Made by a program: the position numbers and the translations under genes. Under the pieces are notes generated by a model. That model searched no databases. It saw nothing but the letters and a program-made list of their open reading frames with translations, and had not been told where the DNA came from. A stretch of 44,850 nt of DNA from Pelomyxa schiedti (lineage: Eukaryota; Protista; Evosea). The stretch spans positions 1 through 44,850 of the forward strand of contig JAHLWZ010000408.1 of the NCBI GenBank assembly GCA_020536535.1, read 5' to 3'. Shown here in pieces: positions 35,001 to 44,850 of the stretch (position 1 is the first letter of the stretch; each line of letters opens with the position of its first letter).

Positions 35001-37385
35001 AGCCAGCAGTGGGGGATACATATTAGCAACAAACCACAGAATGCTGTACAACGGTTGAAACTTCAGTTGAATCTTTTTTCTTGTCTACATACCACCAAGC
35101 AATCAATTTCCATGCTCTGTCCGGAGAATTTGGACAAGGTGGGGCTGTGGTAGGGAAGTCTTCAGCACGTAACCCTAATATGTGCCAAAGAGCTTTTGCA
35201 CGAAGGATGTCATTTTCAGGAAGTTTTACAAGATCCTCAACTTTTAAACCCATGAAAGGAGGGATTGGCTTTGCCAAGAACAATCGGTATTCTGAGAATC
35301 GTTGCATGTACTCCTTTACGGCTATAGACTCTAGATAACAATTAAAACGTAGGCAAAAGAAAGCCTCCATACCATCTTTCAATAGCAACCCATAGAGCCT
35401 TCTTCGGAGTGGTTGGGTTACATCCCAAGGTGATTGCAAAATAGTATCATGCATTAAAACGCGAGTGAAAACTCGTTGGAAGCAGGCCACTTCTGAAGTG
35501 CGACGGAAAAACATACAACGGGGTGTCATGTCGAATAGAGCTGCCTGTTGTTAACTGAGAAGGTATTTACAATTTACCTTTGGGCAAGTTCATTTGATAC
35601 GGAATGGTGTGATCTTTTATGTGGTATGGATTAACTTCCAATTCTGGCAGGGGAACAGCTTCATCAAACAGTTCCTCCTCCCATACTAAGTCTCGACCTT
35701 CTAAGTGGAGTATTCTCTGTGACACCTCTTTAGAGGCTGGTGGGGGCGTGGCAGTGTCAGTGAGCTTCTCATTTTGTTGAGGGCGAGTTGCCACCTCAGA
35801 GCCACTTGGTGGGGTACATTGTGATTCCTTTGATTTGACTTGTGTTGCCTCATAGTAACTTAAAATTGGTATGCCCTTATGGTGGTTTGGAAGTTTGTAC
35901 TGGGATATTGAGGCAAAAAGTAGGTACATATATGTTTCTGTTTTGTTTTAGGTAGAAACGCGGGGTAAACTACGTACCATGGTGTTCTGGAAGGCCTAAC
36001 GCTGCAGCCTCAGAAACAATACGATGTATTTCTGCAGCAGTCATAGGAATTGAATTGTCAAGTGGGGTGGGACTGTGTTGCGCAAGCCACCGGGTAACCA
36101 GTGACACCATCTGTATACCATCGCCGCGAAGGCTATGTGTGTCAGTGCCGCAAAAAAGAACAGAAAAGGGCTTACTTGCCAGAACCCAATCCTTGTTGAA
36201 GTTGGTGAACAAAGCTTCTCGTGTAATCGTTCCCCAAGAAACAGGCAAATAGTGGAAGAAGCTACAAAGGAGGGTAAATTGAGAACTAATGGCTGGGAAT
36301 ATACATCGACATGAAAGCCATATTTCCTGGCAATCATTTTTGGGGCAAACACCTGAGCTTCTATTCCATCTTCAACCCATTTCTTGGAGAAGTCAGAGGA
36401 AGGAACGAATCTTCTGCTACGTACCAAGGAATTCAAGGGGATATAGCGCGAAATGCGAAATATCAGAAAATCAGAATCCTTATTTTATTAATACATCTGG
36501 AAGTGAGATTTATGATACCTGTGAGACAGCAGCATAAATATTGGGTCTAAGGGAATTTGAGAGACAGGAACAAGAATATGGAAGAAGATGTACATGGTGC
36601 GAGCATAGTACGCTAAGTCTCTGTCAGCTTCACTAATTGCAACGAAAGTGGGTACCCCCAATTCTTTAAGAGTGCAATACATTTCAATCTTCAAAGAAGT
36701 AAGGGAGGGAAAAAAAGAAAAAGATCGGAACCTTTGCGAGGTAGGGAGTTGCTGGCATCTCAACTTTATTGGAATTTTGATGCAAGTGGTCCCAGACACG
36801 AGCGACGTTCCCAACTTCCCTTGATCGTCGAGATATATTCTCGTTCTCCTGAATGTTGTTTTAGCCCGGAGAGAGAGATGAAGGCAAGAACCTTCTCAAA
36901 GGAGGTGACAGGGCCATCAAAAACAACGTGGATGTCAACTTTTGCCTCTCTGAAGTTGTCTACTAATTTTCTAGTGACATAGTTCATCCTAGATGGATTA
37001 CTACATAAAAAAAAAGCCCTCAGAGGCGGGTCTCTTACATATTGTATTGTCCACCAGACATCCAAAAAGAAGACCCAAAAAAAACCTGCCCAAGGTGCAG
37101 CAAGTAATATCTAAGAGAATACTAAACACATAAAAAAGCAAACGAACAAAAGGCATACAACAATGCATCACCGTCAAGTACAAGGCCAAGTCTGCCACCT
37201 CTTTTTGCCGCTTCAAGAGTTAAATTCACGATTTGGTGGCAGTCCGCTGATACAGTCTACAGTGGCATATAAAAACAACAAAATGAAAAAAAAAAAAAAA
37301 AAAATCGGGGCGATTGAAACGCTCGCTATACGCGTACTATGTGTTTGTAGACGAAAAAACACACCGTTAGTAGGAATACACCCAT
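32032..37385 (-). CDS. FAM120/asteroid-like XPG/FEN1-superfamily PIN-domain protein with long acidic and Thr/Pro-rich C-terminal region
   Basis: MGVFLLT start; LVLDGDALLY, VVFDG, SEADRDLA, DSDFLIF..YIPL and LFACFLGNDY (H3TH-like); terminal exon ~32032-34950. Confidence 0.8.
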
Positions 37386-37648
37386 TTATTGGCGATGCGA
37401 TGGGACTCAGATCCGCACTATCGGGAGCGATTTTTTAGGAAATGAGGGTAATTCGGCTACAGTTGCCCTTCGGCATCTAATGGGTTTCTCCCGTTCCCTC
37501 CGGTGCTGGAATGTCACAGTGTCGCTCCTCAGTGACACCAAGGCTTTGGGACTGAGAACAGTTTCGGCGTCCAGTCTCACTAGTGGGACTGAGGCCCAAG
37601 ACCGTTTTCGGGAATCACAGAAACAAAAGCAATTTCGTGTTAAAGTGA

Positions 37649-38671
37649 ATGGCGACGAGCACGGCAACGAAAGCCCTGGCGCAGGGAATTAAGATCATTT
37701 TAGGTGCCAAATCTCGTCGTTTATCCTTTTTAAAAACAAACAATGTATTAACTAACGTGAAACTGCAGTCGGTGATTCGGCTGTAGGCAAGAGCAAGTAT
37801 GTTAGATCTGTATTTCACAGTTTTCTTCCCCGTTTTGATTGTAAGGCAGAATGACCGAGAGATTCCTCAATAATACATAGTAAGACGAAGATAGTAAAAA
37901 CGGCATCTTACAAGCACTAGTAACGCTGTCACTACGTCAACACAAGGCGTTGTTATCCATCAAAAGTCCGTTACCTTGCCAAATTCACCGAAACCAGTCC
38001 TTATAGGTGTGCCTTCCTTATTTCTAAAACTATTTTAGTACAACCTGCGTACTTACTTTTTCTGTGGCAGATTTCTGGGTACTCTTGCGCAACAATCTCA
38101 GTAAATTAACCAACAAAAGGACACCGCCGGACAAGCAACATGGCAGGAAATGCACCCTTCTTTCTTTGACGGTGCATACGCTGCTATCCTTGTAATTTAG
38201 TCTATTGTTTGCTTTCTCCTAACCTGCTGTAGGTATTTGACATAGAACGCCGAGACACATATACTCACCTCACCAATTGGTACGAAGAAATTCAAAAAGT
38301 TAGAAAGGGTGTACCCTTTGTTCTTGTAGCTAACAAACTCGACGGTAAGAAATGTTTCTTATATCACCTACCTAATCCCTAATGCTTTAACAGTGGACCC
38401 TTCTGTTAAAGCTAGAGTTTTCAAGTTTGCAACTGTGAAGAAAATGCCTCTGTTTTATGTGTCAGCAAAAAGCGGTGAAGGCGTGCAAGAGGTAATCCAG
38501 ACTCCTAATTGTACTATTGGTTGTATTATTTGTAGTCCAAGACTGTCCTAGTACTGTACTATAATTAGTACTAACCTTATGCAGGCTTTCCGGGAAGCAA
38601 TTAATTTGGCTGTCCAGTGCAAAGCCAACCCTCCAGAGGAGTGGTTAGATGATGTACTTGACCTATTGTAA
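37649..38671 (+). CDS. RABL2: RABL2 (RTW) flagellar Rab-like GTPase, ~9 exons including an 8-nt micro-exon
   Basis: Spliced product KIILVGDSAVGKSKMTERFL...DFWDTAGQ..MHPSFF..ILVFD...LVANKLD...PLFYVSAKSG...AINLAV..DDVLDLL*; no C-terminal prenylation Cys. Absent from the ORF track. Confidence 0.88.
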
Positions 38672-39043
38672 ATGGTAAAAAACAAATAAAAAAAAATGAA
38701 TGTACCACACGTATACAATTAAGAAATCTACTCTAACGATTCTAACCCCGTAGTGTGATATGCTTTTCCAATACTGTTCGTGCCCAAGGTAATTTTCACT
38801 GGGATTTGAGGGGGTGAGGGCAGGTGCCAAACACCACAGCTCAGTGCAACACCCCAGCCCCATCTGTCAACCCCCTTCCCTTTCCCTCAGACACAACAAA
38901 CCCAAAACACCACAGACCACATCCCATCACTGCTCACCCCCCAACACCCATCATGGGACAAAAAAAAAAAAACCTCTCACAACAACCACCCCCGAAATTC
39001 CAGGGCCAACAACAGCCGCTACCGTTCCTCACCATCGCGGGTC

Positions 39044-40037
39044 ATGTCGTCCACCACAACCACAACAGCACCAGCAGCAACAGTCGCAGCCACAGTCACA
39101 GGCACGACGGGGACGGCCAAGAGGAGGCGGGTGGTTGCGGTGGGGACAGGGAGCCCCCTTAAGATAGCGGCAGTGGGGTCAGTGTGGGGCGTGGGCGTGG
39201 GCGACGCTGCCGCTGCCGCCGTGGACGGTGGTGGTGATGGTGGCGGTGGCGGTGGCGGTGTGGATGTTGGCGTCGTACAAGTGGAGGGATGTGGGGATGT
39301 GAGGAGCGGGGTGCCCGACCAACCTGTGGGTGTGTAGTGTGAGTAGTAAGTAGTAAGTAGTAGTGTGTCTTGCATTTCCTGTATTTGTTTATTAATGGCG
39401 ATGTGACAATGAACAGGTGCGGGGGAGACGCTGGCCGGGGCTTTGAACAGGGCTAGGGGCGCTTTGCGTGCACACAGCGATGCTGAGGTTGCTATTGGGA
39501 TTGAGGTACTAATTGTCATTCCCTTCTTCGCTTATTGTAATGCATTATATACATGTACATCGCGTATGTTTCTTAATCACCTGTCGGTACCGATCATAGA
39601 GCGGGATGCTTCTCGCAGTGGCACCCAATTCCACGCGGAGCATTATGCGTGAAGTGGACCTGATTGGAACAACAATAAATGGAGACAGAGTGGGGCAAGT
39701 CATCGGTACAGTTGGACTTCTTGGAGGTAGCTACAGCCTGACCGAAGACAACATTGCGGAAACGTGGGTTGACACCGCATGCATTGTAATTCTCACAGAT
39801 AGAGGCAAAGAAATGGCAGTGCTATGGTCAGATGCATTAGGTACAATAATAACACAAGATCTCTACGTACATTTCTCACCTCTGCTTTTAGTTATCCCAA
39901 GTGAATGCTTGCTTGTATCTTCACCTCAAAAGCTTTGGTCACCATACAAGGACCCTCACAAACTACTCACTGAAGACAAAATGCCCCGTGGTGATTTTAT
40001 TGCCAAAACCATAAAGGAATGGAAGAAAGAACACTAA
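39044..40037 (+). CDS. yjjX: YjjX/DUF84-type non-canonical purine NTP (ITP/XTP) phosphatase
   Basis: VAVGTGSPLKIAAV, SGVPDQPV|GAGETLAGALNRARGA, AEVAIGIE, and C-terminal LLT...R, matching the NTPase_I-T pattern; spliceosomal introns present. Confidence 0.75.
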
Positions 40038-40102
40038 GCACTTACAAGTAACCACAAAAACGGAAATACTTATTCTCCATTTGGTTTCACAGTTCACAGA
40101 GT

Positions 40103-41103
40103 TTAGAATTTGCCTTTCTTGTTCTTCTTCTGTGGTTGTTGTGCAGCTTTCTTGGTGGGGGCATTTTTTGGTGGGTGTTCTTTTCTCCATTTGCGGGATG
40201 CAGCCATATTGGCACATATTTTGCGAAGAAGGGCATTCTCTAAAACGTCGACAGTGAGGTGAATGTGATGAAGTGTGTGGAGTTGAATGCGAATGATTTA
40301 CAGGAAGTTTGTGTGGCGTGTAACGCAACATGGGGTGAAAACTACTCACTGTTGGGTATGTCCGGGTTCAATGGTCTGCCATCAGCACCTTTTATGCACA
40401 CTCTCACTCTTCCCCTCAAAAAGAAGTCCCGGGAGTAGCATTTGCCTTGCTGCCCAATTGTTTTAGGAGTAATTGTGTGGTTAGCTTAAAAAAGTAAATT
40501 GTTTTAGTTTTTATATTCACACTTTCCATGGCTATGCACAACACAAAATGTGATACAATCTATTCTCTAAAAATATATACAAATAATATATCACCGAGAC
40601 AACACAGATGGTAGATACACAGAGATAATTTCGAGATATATATATACATATATAGGCACACAAAACACCAACACACACGCACACACGCGCACGGGGGCAC
40701 GGGCACACACACACACCTCTACTACGCATCTCAGGCCCAGCACGCGTGCGCACACGTCCGCGATGTCCTCGCACGTCGGGTGCTCGACGCCGTCGGCACG
40801 GGACACCCTGCGGCCCTCGGCCTCGGTCTTGTGCCCGTCCACGTACACGGGGTACACCCCAGCCCACTTCTTGTACTCGGTGGCCGCCGGCGGCTGCCCA
40901 GGCCCCCCGCCCCCGACGGCCGGCTGCTGCCCAACGTCCCCGCCAGAGCCAGAGCCAGGGCCCCCGGGTGATGCCCGCGTCGTTGGCAGGCTGCTGGGCG
41001 GGGGCACCGTCGACGATGAGGATTGAGGGGATGAGGTGTCGTTGGTGTTGGTGGTGGAGGCAGGGGCGTTGGCCGCCTGCGTGGTTGACTGCGGGTCAGT
41101 CAT
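40103..41103 (-). CDS. SRP19: Signal recognition particle 19 kDa protein (3 exons), copy 1
   Basis: WAGVYPVYVDGHKTEAEGRRV...EHPTCEDI, QGKCYSRDFFLRGRVRV, NKNALLRKIC, Lys-rich C terminus. Confidence 0.92.
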
Positions 41104-41392
41104 CAAACAGTATCGAGAATAATTAAACTCTTCCTATCATCACATCTCCAGAAGGATCTGGTGGTCCGTGGANNNNNNNNNNNNNNNNNNNNNNNNNNNN
41201 NNNNNNNNNNNNNNNNNNNNNNNNNNNNNNNNNNNNNNNNNNNNNNNNNNNNNNNNNNNNNNNNNNNNNNNNTGGTGGAGGCAGGGGCGTTGGCCGCCTG
41301 CGTGGTTGACTGCGGGTCAGTCATCAAACAGTATCGAGAATAATTAAACTCTTCCTATCATCACATCTCCAGAAGGATCTGGTGGTCCGTGG
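41052..41392. repeat. Gap-flanking duplication (41052-41172 = 41273-41393); assembly overlap
   Basis: Identical ~120-nt sequence on both sides of a 100-N gap, the same pattern as 8416-8755. Confidence 0.8.
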
Positions 41393-41607
41393 AAGGCGAA
41401 GTGCGGGCAGAGACACTTGGGGTTGCTCGAGGGTGGATTCCTCTCCAATCAAATGATTCCCCGTTCGGAGAGCATGGCTCTTCCCAGAATTCCGCTGTAA
41501 GGCGAAAACCGAGAAAAACAAAAGAAAAAAACCACGAAAGTGTCAGTGACACAGCAACTACAGCAGCACAAGTCATCGAACAATAAAAACCGTAATAATC
41601 GACGTAA

Positions 41608-42333
41608 ATGTCACAGAGCGGTGCGGCGGCTGCGCCACAAAAAGAACAACTATTCACGCTCAAAGTAATAAGGGCGGCCAAGTTGGAGGCCAAGGACAGT
41701 AATGGCCTCAGTGACCCGTGTGTTTTTTTTTTCCTGGAAATATTGAATTATGGGTTTTTCTTTTTATTTGCGTGTTAGTATTTTGAGAATAAAAAAAATA
41801 TGGACCAGTGGGTACCAGTGTTCACAATGATTTAAGGTTCGTGGAAGTGCCTACCCATAAGGGAAAAAGTAAGTGTACTAAAGTAGTTCCAAAGAACCTC
41901 AATCCGGTTTGGAATGGTGAGTTCCGTCACATTATTCTTCACTTGTAATACCTTGCAGAGTACTTCCTGGTCAAGGGTCCATTATTGCGTGTTGGCGTTT
42001 TTGATCAAGATTTGGTTCGTACCTCTTATTTACAATTAAGTCCCGGCATTAATAATAAATATTAATGAATAAGCTTATTCTTCCTCCCAGCTTTCTGCCA
42101 ATGACTTGATTGGTTATGGCGATTTGGACTTACTCTCTCTTGCCGATGGCAAAGAACATGACATCCGGCTCACTGGAGAAAATGGAAGCAGAAAGAACAA
42201 TGGAAAGCTGATAGGGCACTTATTTGTATCTGTATTACCTGGTGACACCCGGCCTGCTGATGCTAAAGTCAAGCGATCCTTGGTCCCTGGACCCCTTCCA
42301 TCAGGCTCTCTTGGGACAGCCAAAAGAACATGA
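41608..42333 (+). CDS. Small single C2-domain protein (Ca2+-ligand Asp residues retained), 4 exons
   Basis: LKVIRAAKLEAKDSNGLSDPFV, TKVVPKNLNPVWNE, LRVGVFDQDLLSANDLIG. Confidence 0.85.
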
Positions 42334-42579
42334 GAAGCAAACCCCCAATACCCTCATGTAAATATTCCATCCAATGAAGAGTGTAAAAAAACCAAACATC
42401 TTTATTTCTGCTTCTGATACCAGAAGCAAAAACATTGGTTGAAAATTGTGGTGAGGGCTACTTCATAAGATTTTTTGTTTGGTTTTTCATGAGAGAATGC
42501 CTGAACCCACAGTTTCAACCCTAATTGTCACACCGATGCCTTTCCCCAAAGAGCCACTTTTTTCCAAGAGAAACAAATA

Positions 42580-43828
42580 ATGGGACAATGTAGAGTGTCG
42601 ACACGCACGCAACCACAACACGGTGTGAGTGCCAAAGTTGATGACCAACGTTGCCCAAGGGAGAAAAATACCCCGCCGCGCTCTGTGCAACTACCCCAAT
42701 TCCCCGGCGTTGTTTTATCAACCACGACTACCACAGCCAAGTCGCAAGTGCTGGCCCTGCGCTGTGCTCCCATAATAATCGCGAAACGGTGCCCCAGCGC
42801 CACAAAACGTCCGCCGCCGTCGATGATACAGTGGGCGCTGTCACCACAGTTCCGGGCTTGGGCCGAGGACTGGGTCCTCACACCGTGCTATGATGCCGTG
42901 TTCGGGGTTCCGATGGAGAGGCTCATCGTGGAGCTGGGATTCGTGAGGGTGTTCCTGTGTGTCAGTGTGTCATCGACACTTGGGCTAGTCAGCGTGGACT
43001 TGTTCACATTCTTTGGCAGCCGCGTGTGTGGGTGTGTTGGTGATGGGAAGGTTCTGCTGAAGTGTTACCAGGGTGGTGAGGAGCACTACCAGTTCAAAAT
43101 CTTTGACTCGCGCCAACGCGGGACTCCATACATCGGGGTGGGGCCGATTTTTCATAACCAGGAACCAGAGATTCGTGTGAGGTGCAACAGGAAGTGGATT
43201 GTTGGGTTTCCGCGTGGTGAGTCACTTTGGGTTGTGAAGGTTGTTGGTGGGGCTCCACTCCAGCAACAACCGGAGCACTTCTTCAATGGAATTACTCCTG
43301 GAACTTTGCAATTCTCCCCATTCAGTGATGACACTGTCATTGTGATGCCTCAGGCAACCGAGAAAACAAACGGCGTCAGTTGTATCACATTCGTCGATTT
43401 GGATGCAAGCTTCCAAGCACAGGAGCTGGTGATAACATCGAAGATAGAGCTCAACAAGATGTGGCCAGCAGGGCTGCTGTGGATGCCTGGTGGTTCGTTG
43501 TGTGTCTTGAACCAAACAACGGAATCACATCATCCAATCTGTGCCTGCTCGATCTTCCTTATTGACTGCGCAACCCAAGCACACCATTTCCCAAAGTTCC
43601 CAATAGTGACACCAATCGGCAAGAATCATGTGTATTTTGGATACTGTTATCACATGCTCCCTGAGGCAAATGAAGCGCAAGACTACCGCGTGTATAACAC
43701 CATTGACAACCTTGCTGCGGCATCACTTTGTGTTCCATGCACGTGGTCACTACCCAGCCAGTCAGGCCTCATCATTTCAACAACACACAGCTTTTGTTAT
43801 GCTGACCGTCACACCCCAAGTTCCAATG
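42580..43828 (+). CDS. CNRKWIVG family member, 3' end lost in gap
   Basis: AKSQVLALRCAP, RAWAEDWVL, LCVSVSSTLGLV, CNRKWIVG, LQFSP, GLLWMPGGS, SLCVPCTW. Confidence 0.8.
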
Positions 43829-43928
43829 NNNNNNNNNNNNNNNNNNNNNNNNNNNNNNNNNNNNNNNNNNNNNNNNNNNNNNNNNNNNNNNNNNNNNNNN
43901 NNNNNNNNNNNNNNNNNNNNNNNNNNNN

Positions 43929-44781
43929 GTGCAGCTTTCTTGGTGGGGGCATTTTTTGGTGGGTGTTCTTTTCTCCATTTGCGGGATGCAGCCATATTGG
44001 CACATATTTTGCGAAGAAGGGCATTCTCTAAAACGTCGACAGTGAGGTGCATGTGATGAAGTGTGTGGAGTTGAATGCGAATGATTTACAGGAAGTTTGT
44101 GTGGTGTGTAACGCAACATGGGGTGAAAACTACTTACTGTTGGGTATCTCCGGGTTCAATGGTCTGCCATCAGCACCTTTTATACACACTCTCACTCTTC
44201 CCCTCAAAAAGAAGTCCCGGGAGTAGCATTTGCCTTGCTGCCCAATTGTTTTAGGAGTAATTGTGTGGTTAGCTTAATCAAGTAAATTGTCTTAGTTTTT
44301 ATCACCGAGACAACACAGATGGTAGATACACAGAGATAATTTCTATATATATTTCCATATATATATATAGGCACACAATACTACACCAACACGCACGCGC
44401 ACGCGCACGGGCACACACACACACCTCTACGACGCATCTCAGGCCCAGCACGCGTGCGCACACGTCCGCGATGTCCTCGCACGTCGGGTGCTCGACGCCG
44501 TCGGCGCGGGACACCCTGCGGCCCTCGGCCTCGGTCTTGTGCCCGTCCACGTACACGGGGTACACCCCAGCCCACTTCTTGTACTCGGTGGCCGCCGGCG
44601 GCTGCCCGGGCCCCCCGCCCCCGACGGCCGGCTGCTGCCCAACGTCCCCGCCAGAGCCAGGGCCCCCGGGTGATGCCCGCGTCGTTGGCAGGCTGCTGGG
44701 CGGGGGCACTGTCGATGATGAGGTGTCATTGGTGGAGGCAGGGGCGTTGGCCGCCTGCGTGGTTGACTGCGGGTCAGTCAT
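43929..44781 (-). CDS. SRP19: SRP19 copy 2 (3' end in gap); near-identical to copy 1
   Basis: 43929-44850 matches ~40140-41172 apart from SNPs, in-frame indels in the N-terminal low-complexity region and a ~100-nt intron indel. Confidence 0.85.
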
Positions 44782-44850
44782 CAAACAGTATCGAGAATAA
44801 TTAAACTCTTCCTATCATCACATCTCCAGAAGGATCTGGTGGTCCGTGGA

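Noticed and set aside
40420-40445. gaagtcccggg resembling an RNase MRP/P CR-I motif
   Set aside because: It is the antisense of SRP19 exon 2 (YSRDFF).
1-44850. CRISPR arrays, tRNA or rRNA genes, autonomous transposases, stop-codon reassignment
   Set aside because: None recognised; apart from the EF-2 paralog exon-1 frameshift and the insertion at 10289-10688, in-frame stops I examined are explained by ordinary GT-AG introns.

Overview
Eukaryotic, gene-dense draft-assembly scaffold with five 100-N gaps, standard genetic code and many short GT-AG introns (about 40-150 nt). The style of its expanded intronless families, plus the flagellar GTPase RABL2, suggests a flagellated amoebozoan/archamoeba such as Pelomyxa (inference only). 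Contents: three intron-rich sulfotransferase paralogs; six members of an uncharacterised intronless family (C[N/A][R/S]KW motif); a highly divergent EF-2 paralog with degenerate GTPase motifs and the diphthamide His replaced by Arg; two tandem ankyrin-like genes; a SLAC1/TehA (TDT-family) anion channel spliced in frame to a ~650-aa Arg/Ser-rich N-terminal tail; PRP38; a FAM120/asteroid-type PIN protein; RABL2; a YjjX-type ITP/XTP phosphatase; a small C2 protein; and SRP19 (two near-identical copies). Non-coding highlights are a TA-flanked MITE with perfect 41-bp TIRs (8893-9321) and a hairpin-rich ~330-400 bp dispersed element seen twice (10289-10688 and 25569-25894). Exon boundaries were inferred by hand from GT-AG sites and reading-frame continuity.
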